A stretch of 41,550 bases of DNA from a virus (IMGVR_UViG_3300020045_017667:1-41550); one strand, 5' to 3'; counted from the first letter of the stretch, positions 5,366 to 14,915 are shown. Made by a program: numbers and translations. The notes: a model not told the origin generated them from the letters alone.

Positions 5366-5937
5366 TGCTGAACGACCCTATCGCCCAATTCGAAATGTGG
5401 TACCGTCAACGCCACAAATATGGCCTACAGGAGCCTGACGCCTGTATCCTCGCCACAAGTACCAACAACAAGCCTTCTGCCCGTGTGGTGCTGCTGAAGT
5501 GGTATGACGATGCTGGTTTTGTGTTCGTGACCAACTACAGGTCAACGAAAGCAAAAGAGATATCGGAAAACTCACATGTTACGCTGCTTTTTTACTGGGA
5601 CAAAGCTGGTCGTCAGATTAAAATCCAAGGCTCTGCTAAAAAAGCGACATCCTTTGATTCTGACGCTTACTTCAGATCCAGACCATTCTTTAGCCGGCTG
5701 GCAAGTTGGTGCTCGAACCAATCCTCGCCCATGTCGTTTAAATATCAGCTAATAGCAAAAATGATCGCAAGATTGATATCCGCAAGGGATACACGAAAAC
5801 GGCCTGACTTCTGGGGTGCCTATATCGTTGTCCCGGATACCATGGAGTTCTTCGAACACAGTGCGTACCGTATCAACAAACGCACAGAGTATAAATCGAG
5901 GAACGGCAAGCTTGAAAAAGTGTACCTGTACCCATGA
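5365..5937 (+). CDS. pdxH: Pyridoxamine 5'-phosphate oxidase-like FMN-binding protein (start revised to 5365)
   Basis: DPIAQFEMW, PSARVVLLK, GFVFVTNYRSTK, LLFYW..RQIKIQG, SDAYFRSRP..S, RPDFWG, terminal LYP. Confidence 0.88.
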   Translation: MLNDPIAQFEMWYRQRHKYGLQEPDACILATSTNNKPSARVVLLKWYDDAGFVFVTNYRSTKAKEISENSHVTLLFYWDKAGRQIKIQGSAKKATSFDSDAYFRSRPFFSRLASWCSNQSSPMSFKYQLIAKMIARLISARDTRKRPDFWGAYIVVPDTMEFFEHSAYRINKRTEYKSRNGKLEKVYLYP

Positions 5938-6194
5938 TCCCCACGTTCAAAAAGCTCAGACACTATATGACCAGAGGAGGTGTTTGGGTCATTCTGGCAA
6001 ATTACAATGAAATGCAGTCCATTATCTACAGGTTGAAAGAGGAAGAGCAGATTACGGTTTCGGCAATGGAAGTAGAAACCGTAGAGGATGCCATCAAAGC
6101 AAGGTTTTTAATCGAAGCTTTCAACCTGTGGACTATGGACGAAATTAAAGAATTCATTAAATCGCACAAAGATTTCCCAAAAATTGAATTATGA
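5934..6194 (+). CDS. Hypothetical protein
   Basis: 86-aa ORF, ATGA-coupled at both ends. Confidence 0.7.
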   Translation: MIPTFKKLRHYMTRGGVWVILANYNEMQSIIYRLKEEEQITVSAMEVETVEDAIKARFLIEAFNLWTMDEIKEFIKSHKDFPKIEL

Positions 6195-6394
6195 AGAAAA
6201 CACAAAATCCAACACATGATGTTACCGCCACCGATGTACGCAACAGGCAGGTAGACACGAAAGCTTTCGGAACGCCAGAACTGATGTTCCTGCTGAAGCG
6301 ATTGATTAACGATGGGTTCACCAACTTTGCCATCGTAAAGCTAAAAGGAGTAAAAAGAAAACAGTCAGGGCAGCTTAAGCTTGACTTACCGTAG
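6191..6394 (+). CDS. Small basic hypothetical protein
   Basis: 67 aa, ATGA-coupled; ends QLKLDLP; last plus-strand gene. Confidence 0.6.
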   Translation: MKKTQNPTHDVTATDVRNRQVDTKAFGTPELMFLLKRLINDGFTNFAIVKLKGVKRKQSGQLKLDLP

Positions 6395-6827
6395 AATACT
6401 CTTCGAGGAGTTCTAATTTTAACGTACCCAGGTTGTCCCAACAGCCTGGGTATTTTTTTGCGTATGCGTCTCGTAAACCTTGGTGTCCATCATCGTATAA
6501 AAAATGCTCGTACGGAAGGCCAAGCACGATATTCTTTTTGTAGAATTTAAACTTTGGATATTTGTTCTGGCCCTTAGCCAGCACGTGCATAAAATTGCTT
6601 GGTTCAGGGAAAGGGATTCGTTCACCCGAAATAAAGCTTACATGATCCCTTTCCATCCATATTTCTTCGTAAAGCTTGATGAGGGAAATATTCGGCTTGT
6701 TTTCAGCCCCTGTGAGCGACTTTATACCCTTGGTTGATACGCTAGTATCCCCCAAACCGGATGGCTTGGGGGATTTATTAGCTTTGGATCGCAGAGGAGT
6801 TCTGCGCAATGGGGTCTTGCGTATCAT
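6375..6827 (-). CDS. NinG/HNH-like endonuclease
   Basis: Basic N-terminus RKTPLRRTPLR; SFISG (degenerate CxxC), HVLAKG..YP....KNI.L...EH..YD beta-beta-alpha pattern. Confidence 0.6.
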   Translation of the reverse strand: MIRKTPLRRTPLRSKANKSPKPSGLGDTSVSTKGIKSLTGAENKPNISLIKLYEEIWMERDHVSFISGERIPFPEPSNFMHVLAKGQNKYPKFKFYKKNIVLGLPYEHFLYDDGHQGLRDAYAKKYPGCWDNLGTLKLELLEEYSTVSQA

Positions 6828-6880
6828 AATTGACTAAAAGAAATTACCTCAAAAAGGTTCACAATGCCCCTCAAGGTGAA

Positions 6881-9019
6881 TTAAAGTAATTTGATGAAAT
6901 ACCCATTTTTGAGCATTGCAACATTATTAGAGTCCTCTTTATTGGCTACCGCTCCTGTTGTCCCCATAGGCGTGAATATATTGCTAACTGTCCACGTTAC
7001 ACCATTATCTGTTGAAACGTAGATATTATTTGTTTCCGGTATGTATCCGAACGCAAACGAGAACGCAATTATCAAATTGCCTTTTTTCTTTATCGTGTAA
7101 AATAAATCAGGTGTTGCGGCTGCTGATATATCCTTGAGACAGATGTATTTTGTAACATCGTTTATCTCTGACAAGAGGACTTTGTAAATAGCCGTTCGTG
7201 GGTTATCAATACCAAAATACGCATATCCATCAGCGTCGAAATAAATATCAACAATCTGCTGGTTAGCTAACGTACTATTAAAAATTGTTGCAGTCGTCCA
7301 GGCATCCGCGATCTTATCGTAATTGTACTTCAGGCATATATTTTTATCTCCGTCACCGGTGAAAATATACCAGCTATCATCATATTGATTGTATTTGATG
7401 ATATGTACATGGCGGCATACAAGCGGGTTAGTCGCGTCACCTAAGATAGTGCCTGTTATCCCGCCATAAATAGTCCCATTGTCTTTATGCGTTAGGTGTT
7501 GACCAAACGTATAATATTGCTTAATGCTTACAAAATCGTCTTTAGTGTAAAAACAACTAATAGGACCGGCACCCTGGCCATAATAATCAGCATTACCGTA
7601 CACTCCCCATGCGGCAAGTGTTGAGTCGTCATCATACGTCTTTTCGTCAATTTCGTAGTATGGTGCAAAATAATTGCCTGGATACAGGGCGTTTGCTGGC
7701 GTGTGAAACGTCATGTCTGCCCCGTATTTATCTTTTACAATTATTTGTGTCCATGATACGCCCCTGTTTGTACTCCTCCATACTTTATTTTTCTTGCAGT
7801 CCATTATTATCGCTGTCCCTTTTGTGGTGACGTAGTAATAAAGTGAGGCCATTGGCCCCCAGTCTGCATTTGGTGCGCTCTCGGTATAGGTAACACCACC
7901 ATCAGAGGAATAAACATATGTGGTTGTATCTGTGATCCAGCCAACCCGGTAAGTACCGTTAACAAAAACAAGGGTATAGCGTTTAATCCCCTGTGTACGC
8001 TCTTTGTATATTTTTATATTTTTAGTCCTGAAAACTACAATATCATCACCGTTTGGATTGTAATTTTTTAGCTTAACCAAATGATTATAAATTGCGGTCT
8101 TAGTTCCTGCGCTATCTGTCCCGTTTGTGCGAAATAATAATTTGCGAACTTCAACATTTGATTGTACGCTATTGACATATGATGCCCCTAATGCAATTGC
8201 CGTAAATCCATATGTCCCAGCGTTTCCGGTTACAACAGTCGTTCCATCAATTTGAACGGTACTATTAGCCCCCGCTAAATGACACCTCAAAATACAAAAT
8301 TGATTAAGCGGAAGGTGTGTGTTTTCTAATGCAGTTCCAGCATTTAACCAGATGTTTGGTGTGACGTTTCGAGTTGTAATAAATGGCTCACTGACTGTTT
8401 TACCTGCTAAAAATTGACGGTATAAAACCCAAACCTTAACGTTTATTATTAAATAAATATCAAGAGGTTGCGGCATATTAAAGTCCCCCGATTTTAAATA
8501 GGCATATACTCCGTCAAAGTACACACCATAGGATGTTTTTAGCGGCTGGTATGTTCGGCTTGCAGATTGTACTAATTCTTTTCCAGATGTGCTAAACGTA
8601 TCCTTTAAGTTGCTTATGCATAATCTATCAGTTGTTGCCGATGCGGGTAGTAATGCATCATATGACACAGAATTTCCATCGTAAAGTAAAGATGGAGCGA
8701 TAAGTATTTCAATTTCTGTCCAAGCTGCTAAATCTGATTCGTGCAGCCCAATGCCTCCAACTGATACGGCAATGGCATTAAGGGCGGATATAATGGAGGT
8801 ATAGTTAGTTAACCCTTTTAGTATCCCACTTAGTTGATTTAGCATTACAAGTACATCAGTTCCGGCATCGCCCCCATATTGCACATTCAATGTACTTGCG
8901 GCTGAGGGGTATGTTAAATCCGTAACACCAGTTATTGCGTTGATCTTATCAATAATAGGCTGATAATTCAAGCCTGCCGAATTGTGAACTAAACCAAAAG
9001 TTTTTGAAAACGCTCCCAT
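6881..9019 (-). CDS. Putative receptor-binding/depolymerase-like protein: LamG-like domain plus BNR/Asp-box propeller
   Basis: Asp-boxes SSDGGVTY, STNRGVSW, STDNGVTW; beta-rich STVQIDG...IALGA segment; ATG at 9019 lies downstream of a -7 box. Confidence 0.7.
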   Translation of the reverse strand: MGAFSKTFGLVHNSAGLNYQPIIDKINAITGVTDLTYPSAASTLNVQYGGDAGTDVLVMLNQLSGILKGLTNYTSIISALNAIAVSVGGIGLHESDLAAWTEIEILIAPSLLYDGNSVSYDALLPASATTDRLCISNLKDTFSTSGKELVQSASRTYQPLKTSYGVYFDGVYAYLKSGDFNMPQPLDIYLIINVKVWVLYRQFLAGKTVSEPFITTRNVTPNIWLNAGTALENTHLPLNQFCILRCHLAGANSTVQIDGTTVVTGNAGTYGFTAIALGASYVNSVQSNVEVRKLLFRTNGTDSAGTKTAIYNHLVKLKNYNPNGDDIVVFRTKNIKIYKERTQGIKRYTLVFVNGTYRVGWITDTTTYVYSSDGGVTYTESAPNADWGPMASLYYYVTTKGTAIIMDCKKNKVWRSTNRGVSWTQIIVKDKYGADMTFHTPANALYPGNYFAPYYEIDEKTYDDDSTLAAWGVYGNADYYGQGAGPISCFYTKDDFVSIKQYYTFGQHLTHKDNGTIYGGITGTILGDATNPLVCRHVHIIKYNQYDDSWYIFTGDGDKNICLKYNYDKIADAWTTATIFNSTLANQQIVDIYFDADGYAYFGIDNPRTAIYKVLLSEINDVTKYICLKDISAAATPDLFYTIKKKGNLIIAFSFAFGYIPETNNIYVSTDNGVTWTVSNIFTPMGTTGAVANKEDSNNVAMLKNGYFIKLL

Positions 9020-9034
9020 GCTTTTTATTTTCAG

Positions 9035-9042
9035 CAAATATA
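9035..9042 (-). promoter_or_regulatory. Bacteroidota sigma70 -7 box
   Basis: TATATTTG(C) on minus strand, matches TAnnTTTG, 15 nt upstream of ATG 9019. Confidence 0.6.
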
Positions 9043-9047
9043 ATCAT

Positions 9048-9078
9048 AAAATAAATAGTGCCGGATTTTACCCGGCAC
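9048..9078 (-). terminator. Intrinsic terminator
   Basis: GTGCCGGGT-AAA-ATCCGGCAC followed by TATTTATTTT, just after stop at 9082. Confidence 0.65.
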
Positions 9079-9081
9079 CAC

Positions 9082-9372
9082 TTACATGCATTCAACTCTT
9101 TTTGTAATATCAGCCTGGATCTTCTTTAGCTCGTTGCTGGATTTGACATCAGCAATATAGGATAGAAAAACAAGGCATCCATCGGGGTGGAGGATATCGA
9201 ACAGCCGCTGCTCTTCTTCTTCAAATTCGGTAAACTCCTGGTATGAGTAAACCGTTTTTGGGGTTAGTAATTCGCGGTCTGATGAATCTGGTATCACAAC
9301 TGATGGGTCCAGCATTCTGTGAAATACTTTTTCGCCATTGATTACGTTTACGCCAATTATTTTTATTTCCAT
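9082..9372 (-). CDS. Hypothetical protein
   Basis: 96-aa ORF collinear with the minus-strand operon. Confidence 0.7.
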   Translation of the reverse strand: MEIKIIGVNVINGEKVFHRMLDPSVVIPDSSDRELLTPKTVYSYQEFTEFEEEEQRLFDILHPDGCLVFLSYIADVKSSNELKKIQADITKRVECM

Positions 9373-9406
9373 AGTTCTGAAAGCTTAGCATTGGGAGAGT
9401 TTAATG

Positions 9407-9432
9407 AAAGTGTGGAGTTTCCCCCACACTTT
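9407..9432 (-). terminator. GAAA-tetraloop hairpin, candidate terminator
   Basis: AAAGTGTGGGG-GAAA-CTCCACACTTT on minus strand, downstream of the SSAP gene. Confidence 0.55.
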
Positions 9433-9474
9433 ACACGAAACATAGAACAGCAAGAAGCGAATCAAAATTAGCGA

Positions 9475-10449
9475 TTATTTGGACGGTTTGCAGTTGTTCA
9501 AAGCCGTGTGCAGATGCTCGGTGAGCGCACCGCCCAGTATATCTTCATCTTCCCACTTTTCGTACTCCGGAAATAGTTTTTTTATTTCCGAACTTACCAT
9601 GTCCATCGTCAGGCCAGCTTTCTCAATGGCAGTGTTGATAGGGATCACGACCTTCCAGGGTCTTACGCCTTTGTCGTTTCGCTCCTCAATTTTGATACCG
9701 TACTTGTTGCCGGAAATTTCCACAGGTGTCGCTTCTGAAAATTTCTCCGATGGCTTTATGGCAGATTTAGCCGGGGGCAAATCCTCGTCTTCAAATTTGG
9801 CCTGTTTTGGCTTTTCGATAACAATAGGCTTTACAGGCAGTTCGTCAACTTCCAGTTCAGCTGGTTTAACCTCTTCCGCTACTGGATGGACGATAGGCTC
9901 ACCGGTGATATCCATTGGTTGTTCTTCGCCAGGACCATCTTCGACAGGCGCCAGTATTACAGGTTCAAGAGTCTCCTCTTTGGCAGCTTTACCCCTAACC
10001 CTCTTTGTTGCGTTTGCGGTCAAAGTTTCGCCACGTTGAACAGAAGCGTTGATGGCTTCCTTCATTTCCTGTTTTGGAAGAGCGTCGATGTCCATAACTT
10101 TTGTTTTCATGGTGCCTTCGAACTCTTCTGCCGAAGCGTACGAGTCATCGATACCTATTCCGAACGAAGCGAGGGCACGACCGATGGCTTTGGTTTCCGT
10201 GGTTTCGTAGGCGAATTCCTCGGTAAGAGGAGCTGCCGAAGTGCCGGTGAAGGAGCGGACGGTTGGGCCTGTTGGGTAGTGCGTGAAGATTTTGAGCTCA
10301 CACTTGCAGATAAGATTGCCATGGGCATCTTCTCCGTGGTCTGTCGAAAGTTCGTAATCGATACCTTCTTCTTTGAGAAATTTAATCCTCTCCCTAGCTG
10401 GAACTACGGTCCGGTTGCCTGGGTACGTCACTGTTTTACATTGGTACAT
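9475..10449 (-). CDS. Single-strand annealing protein (Rad52/Sak-like) with acidic Pro-rich linker
   Basis: V...ERI.F and ETKAIGRALASFGIGIDDSYASAEE core; neighbours SSB and exonuclease. Confidence 0.72.
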   Translation of the reverse strand: MYQCKTVTYPGNRTVVPARERIKFLKEEGIDYELSTDHGEDAHGNLICKCELKIFTHYPTGPTVRSFTGTSAAPLTEEFAYETTETKAIGRALASFGIGIDDSYASAEEFEGTMKTKVMDIDALPKQEMKEAINASVQRGETLTANATKRVRGKAAKEETLEPVILAPVEDGPGEEQPMDITGEPIVHPVAEEVKPAELEVDELPVKPIVIEKPKQAKFEDEDLPPAKSAIKPSEKFSEATPVEISGNKYGIKIEERNDKGVRPWKVVIPINTAIEKAGLTMDMVSSEIKKLFPEYEKWEDEDILGGALTEHLHTALNNCKPSK

Positions 10450-10502
10450 TTGATAGGGTATTAATGGTTATTAAGAATTGTAACTAATTGATTTACAGAT
10501 GA

Positions 10503-11390
10503 TTAAAACGGGAGATCCGATTCCTCCTCCGGAGCTGACTGCTGCGCCATCCCGAGTCTGCCCCCGTTGTTCAGATAAGGGCTGGCATTGCCTTCCTTAT
10601 CGGCCTGGCGTGTTACGCTTGGATCCGGGTGGTCTGTTTCAGTAGTCTTGCCCTGGTTATCCTTCGATTCTTTGAATTCCTTCCAGGCAATGTATTCGTC
10701 CAGCGCTGCGTCAAGGTTCCAATCTGTGGCTTCCTGATCAGTAATAGGGCTCCCTAAAGATAGTTCTGCATACTTAGGGGGGTTCTTAGCTGCCAGTTTG
10801 GACAGGAATTCCTTTCCGCGCTTAGAGATGGTCTTGGTTTCCGGATCATAAAGACAAGGAGTAAGAACCAGTTTGTTGGTAGCAAGTTCTTTTTCGATCT
10901 TGTTCATTTGATCGATAGCGATGGTCGTGTTGGTTTCAATTTTCACCAACCCTGCGTTAGTAAGGACATAAAGGCACCTGATCACTTTTGGTTGGCATCG
11001 CGAGTTAACAAGGAAGCTTTTTACGCCTTCGATGTTGCCAGAGAAACACTTCTCCGACCTACCGTCCCGGCCTGGTTTCATCAGGGTAACGATGTCGGTA
11101 TTTTTGAAGTAGTAGGACGTATAGTACGTGCCGCCTTTGGTACCGATATCATCTGAGAATGCTTTGATAACGAAAGCGGACCCCATGTACACACCGGTAA
11201 TCGGTTTTGATACGAACTTTTGCACCTTTTCGGCACCCTCTTCTTCGCCTTTATCCCAGAAGGAAAAAGCTATCGTGCCTGGTTTTTGAGTGTGCTCGCG
11301 GACATCCATCGAGTAGCTGATGGTGAGTTTAGGAGCGTCGCTGAAATTTCCCCCTCTTTGGGAGTTCTTAAGTCTATCCTGGTAGGACAT
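10503..11390 (-). CDS. Putative single-stranded DNA-binding protein
   Basis: Beta-rich body, disordered linker, acidic tail EEESDLPF; recombination context. Confidence 0.6.
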   Translation of the reverse strand: MSYQDRLKNSQRGGNFSDAPKLTISYSMDVREHTQKPGTIAFSFWDKGEEEGAEKVQKFVSKPITGVYMGSAFVIKAFSDDIGTKGGTYYTSYYFKNTDIVTLMKPGRDGRSEKCFSGNIEGVKSFLVNSRCQPKVIRCLYVLTNAGLVKIETNTTIAIDQMNKIEKELATNKLVLTPCLYDPETKTISKRGKEFLSKLAAKNPPKYAELSLGSPITDQEATDWNLDAALDEYIAWKEFKESKDNQGKTTETDHPDPSVTRQADKEGNASPYLNNGGRLGMAQQSAPEEESDLPF

Positions 11391-11391
11391 G

Positions 11392-11637
11392 TTAAATGAT
11401 TTTTAAAAGTTGGAACACTAATAGGGCTTGGTCTGGCGAAGCTGGCATTAGCCCATTAAAAATGGTCGGCTTCCCTTTTGTTATTTTTATTGAAGTGGCT
11501 CCTTTCGGCGTGATCGTTATTCGGTATGCCCCATTTGACTGCAATAAGTTGTTCAAGGGGTCTGGCCTGAATCCATGCTGGTGTATGAATAGCTTGAAGT
11601 CAAACCTGGATGGCTGTGTTACAGGTTTCCATGGCAT
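11392..11637 (-). CDS. Hypothetical protein
   Basis: 81-aa ORF tightly packed in operon. Confidence 0.65.
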   Translation of the reverse strand: MPWKPVTQPSRFDFKLFIHQHGFRPDPLNNLLQSNGAYRITITPKGATSIKITKGKPTIFNGLMPASPDQALLVFQLLKII

Positions 11638-12257
11638 GTTCGTAATTTTAAGTACTCCTGAAGAGTTCTGGGTTCATAGTGGATAGTTCGTCTAACGTTG
11701 ATGCGCTCATTCTGCACCAGATATCGATTGGGGGTAAAGGTATCAGCAAATAACCCATGCGGTATCCGCTTTCCCTGTTTGGTCTTGGTATAGTACAAAG
11801 GAATGACTTTTTGCACATATATCCCATATTTACTGTACACCCACTTTTGGTTAAGGGGGAATGTTGTCGCGCTGGAGTTGTTCATGCCGTTGAACGATCC
11901 CTTGATGTCGATGATAGATTCTGGCCAGCCTATTCCCATCTTGCAGTTGTAGAAGTAAACGTTGTTTTCCTTGTCGGCGATGTCGTTCAGGCTTGTGACA
12001 AAAACTCCTATCGCTGTTTGTGACCACATTATTCTCCAATCAGGCGTGTAGATATGTTCGGCGAAAACTTTTTTCTCCACTACCTGTACTTTGTTCTTTT
12101 TGAGCATTTTTGCGCTGGCAACTACGGACTCGGATAACTGGAACGGTTCTGGCTGGTATTCCACTTCGACAATAAAGCCTGCTTCTATTAGCTCGTTGAG
12201 CCACCAGCTAAAAATCCATTCTTCCTCGCTTGCAAATTTTTCTCTTGGATATTCCAT
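11619..12257 (-). CDS. PD-(D/E)XK endonuclease (DUF1064/resolvase-like)
   Basis: FASEEE, YQPEPF.L, YTPDW, IIDIKG, FPLNQKW motifs. Confidence 0.75.
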   Translation of the reverse strand: MEYPREKFASEEEWIFSWWLNELIEAGFIVEVEYQPEPFQLSESVVASAKMLKKNKVQVVEKKVFAEHIYTPDWRIMWSQTAIGVFVTSLNDIADKENNVYFYNCKMGIGWPESIIDIKGSFNGMNNSSATTFPLNQKWVYSKYGIYVQKVIPLYYTKTKQGKRIPHGLFADTFTPNRYLVQNERINVRRTIHYEPRTLQEYLKLRTCHGNL

Positions 12258-12496
12258 TATTCAAAGCAGATTTCTTCAGGTGAAAACATAAGCACTTCGT
12301 ACAATCCTTCGGCGTTCAGATCAACAGCTTCTACTATTGCGACCGTATTGGTTACAGCTATTCCATATTCGTGGGCAATTTCTGTTTTTGTACCCCAGGT
12401 CAGGAATCTTCCCCTGTAGGAAAAAAGATCCGTTTCCGATATTTCTTTTGTCATCGGGTTTACCGGTGATTTGAAGACTACTATTCTATTTTCCAT
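12257..12496 (-). CDS. Hypothetical protein
   Basis: 79 aa, G.FLTWG...TVAIVE; TAATG coupling. Confidence 0.7.
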   Translation of the reverse strand: MENRIVVFKSPVNPMTKEISETDLFSYRGRFLTWGTKTEIAHEYGIAVTNTVAIVEAVDLNAEGLYEVLMFSPEEICFE

Positions 12497-13637
12497 TTTT
12501 CTTAGCCGGGGCTATTTTAGGGTTCCACTTTAAAAAATTCACATCAATATCGGAGGTAAGCCTGTCGAACATGTCTTCGTTTTTTTCCAGCCTTAGCCGG
12601 TTATCTACTCTGAACACGTTTGTGCCGGCAGTTTTAAAGTACCGTATATACCCCACGTCAGGTGTTTTTGCCCACTCTGTGCCGTAATTAGCCATCTCCT
12701 TTGCTAAAATGTTTGCCGCGAGTGACTTTTGTGCCGTAAAGTATTCGGCCATCAGGTGCGCAGACCGGTGCATCATGCCGTACAGTTTCATTTTAGGCGT
12801 AAGGTCGATCTCCTCGCGCTTCTTCTGATATCGCTCTGACATAAACTGTTTGTAGGCATCCCCAGGGCTTGGGTCTGGTTCTAGTTTCTGGATGAGGGCA
12901 TCGTATTTTTCGGCATCTGCTTCGCGGCCCATTTTACGCAGCTCCTGCGATTTAAAGAACGCTTCTTTTGCCGGCAATACCCTTTTCTCCCAGAAATGCT
13001 TTGATGTGGTGACGATCTCATGGCACAACGCATCGCTTCTTCGTATGGGGATAACAGATAGCCTTCTTCCGTTTTCAAGTATGGCCAGCTCCGAGTAATC
13101 CATGTCCATGACAAGCATTTGTTGGTTTATCTGGGCGATGTAATAAACTGGCACACCTGACTCCCACATAGCCGCAGATCGCTCTTCAATGGTCTTTATT
13201 TCCAGGTTTCCTTCTGAAGTCATCAGAGCTCCAGTGTCCAAATAAAATCCACCCTCTTTGTTTATGATCCGGTCAGGGCTTGCGAACAGTTGTGGGTATT
13301 TTTTATTCCTGACGTACCCGGTGAGCCTTCTGCATTTCCGGATAAATTTACCGGTGGTTTTATTGTTGAGGTAAGATTTGTTGTCGCCCTCCCAGTATGA
13401 CCATAAGTCAGCTATCAGTTCTTCGGTCCAGCGACCCCAAGCCATAGCCTCATTGTCTTCTGTCCAGGGTGATACCGTACCTACCTTTTCGTGGAATAGC
13501 TGAGCTGGAGAGCTGTATTTATCAACCAATCCAAGCAACACGCCTATCTCACTGGCACCTATTCCTGACATCCTGAACTTATACCACTCTGGAGTGCCAT
13601 AGGGAATTGGAAATATCTCAAGATTGGTCATGTTCAT
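12486..13637 (-). CDS. YqaJ/lambda-exonuclease family viral recombinase exonuclease
   Basis: EW..FR..GIGASE, MAWG...E, FASPD, LEIKT, YY.AQ.NQQM. Confidence 0.9.
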   Translation of the reverse strand: MNMTNLEIFPIPYGTPEWYKFRMSGIGASEIGVLLGLVDKYSSPAQLFHEKVGTVSPWTEDNEAMAWGRWTEELIADLWSYWEGDNKSYLNNKTTGKFIRKCRRLTGYVRNKKYPQLFASPDRIINKEGGFYLDTGALMTSEGNLEIKTIEERSAAMWESGVPVYYIAQINQQMLVMDMDYSELAILENGRRLSVIPIRRSDALCHEIVTTSKHFWEKRVLPAKEAFFKSQELRKMGREADAEKYDALIQKLEPDPSPGDAYKQFMSERYQKKREEIDLTPKMKLYGMMHRSAHLMAEYFTAQKSLAANILAKEMANYGTEWAKTPDVGYIRYFKTAGTNVFRVDNRLRLEKNEDMFDRLTSDIDVNFLKWNPKIAPAKKNGK

Positions 13638-13906
13638 TTCGAGGCCTCCAAATCTGTCTGTATATTCATAGTGTTACGAATACCCCTCAGTGTACCCATA
13701 TGCTCGTCCAGATGAGTCAATATGCGGGTCAGATACTCCAGGAGCTCTTTGCGCCTTAGCAGGCTGTACGATGGCCATATCACTACGCTCATAGCGAATT
13801 CATATTCGGCCTGCGCCTCATCCTTCATGCCGAGCATTTCTAACCGATCCCGTTCAAGTCCTTTAATGGCCTCGTCCAACTGTTGCCTGTTTGTCTTGAA
13901 TTCCAT
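13634..13906 (-). CDS. Helical hypothetical protein (start revised to 13906)
   Basis: MEFKTNRQQ start avoids overlap with the upstream gene; ATGA coupling to exonuclease. Confidence 0.65.
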   Translation of the reverse strand: MEFKTNRQQLDEAIKGLERDRLEMLGMKDEAQAEYEFAMSVVIWPSYSLLRRKELLEYLTRILTHLDEHMGTLRGIRNTMNIQTDLEASK

Positions 13907-13917
13907 GGTACGTAAGA

Positions 13918-14820
13918 TTAAATGTTTTCGGTTTGAGCGATGGCCCATGATTTGAAGCTTTCGAATTTGGACATGATAAACCGGACTGCTTCGTTGTCCT
14001 GCTCGATGTTTGGTTTTTCCAGTGAGTATACCCACAGTAACACCTGAGATTTTAACGAAGCTGGAATACGGCCTCCGTTATAGTTAGTTTGTACGGAAAT
14101 TTCCGGCGATGGGGCAGAAGGGGATTCAATCATAGCGGCATGACTTTCCTGCGCTTTTATCAGCTTGCCAAGTTTTTCTTTTTCAGCCAACAACTGATCC
14201 TCCTTTAGCTTGTTCTCTGCTCTCAACGCCGCGTTTTCGTCCAGAATCCTTTTCTGCTCAGCCTTCTCAGCTTCAATATCCGCCAACCTTTTTGTTTCTG
14301 CCAGCTCCGCCGCTTTGATCCTGGCCTTTTTAGCTGCGTATTCGGAAGCTAAAAGATCGTCAAAGGCTTCTTCCGTCATAAGCTCCACTACAAATATCTC
14401 CGGATGGTCGCAAACATCCGATAACAGTTTGATTCGCTCCGCCTTTAAATCGGCAACTCTTTTCAACTCGATGTTCACGTAATGATTTTCGATAGAGAGC
14501 AGTGCGGCCTCCATTAATTCAATAGACGTAGTGTTCCGGTTTTTCCAGGCATCTACAAATTTGCCGCCGGCAAGGTAGAATGCTTTGGCCGACTTATGGA
14601 CTTTCTCTGTGTTGGTACGGACTTTTACCAGTTTCAACCTAAGTTCACGGGCTTTCTTGGTGATCGGTTCCGATATGGCTGATGACGCGATCTCGTCATA
14701 TTCGACCAGCAGATTATCCCGTTCAGTTATTACCGGGAGGAATACGGATTCGATTTCCTTTCCCTTAGCTTCGTCAAGTCCAAATTCAGCTGGGCTTATC
14801 ACTATTTTTGCAGTTGCCAT
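13918..14820 (-). CDS. Coiled-coil protein (start revised to 14820)
   Basis: EFGL, ARELRLKLVKVRT, YLAGGKFVDA; long E/K/A helix. Confidence 0.75.
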   Translation of the reverse strand: MATAKIVISPAEFGLDEAKGKEIESVFLPVITERDNLLVEYDEIASSAISEPITKKARELRLKLVKVRTNTEKVHKSAKAFYLAGGKFVDAWKNRNTTSIELMEAALLSIENHYVNIELKRVADLKAERIKLLSDVCDHPEIFVVELMTEEAFDDLLASEYAAKKARIKAAELAETKRLADIEAEKAEQKRILDENAALRAENKLKEDQLLAEKEKLGKLIKAQESHAAMIESPSAPSPEISVQTNYNGGRIPASLKSQVLLWVYSLEKPNIEQDNEAVRFIMSKFESFKSWAIAQTENI

Positions 14821-14822
14821 TT

Positions 14823-14915
14823 TTAGTTCGTTAAAATGATGTAAATAAATAATGCTATCAGGCATATTATCCCCAGAAAGGCGCCTACCGATCCTGGTTC
14901 CGTCTTTGATTCCAT
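14823..14915 (-). CDS. 30-aa single-TM peptide (not in ORF track)
   Basis: MESKTEPGSVGAFLGIICLIALFIYIILTN*; fills the gap between two genes. Confidence 0.55.
   Translation of the reverse strand: MESKTEPGSVGAFLGIICLIALFIYIILTN

Noticed and set aside
2302-6625. Minus-strand ORFs across the early region, and upstream extensions of several ORFs (e.g. 4275, 5299)
   Set aside because: Antisense shadows or long overlaps; coupled downstream ATGs fit better.
6881-9019. Diversity-generating retroelement target
   Set aside because: No reverse transcriptase and no template/variable repeat pair noticed.
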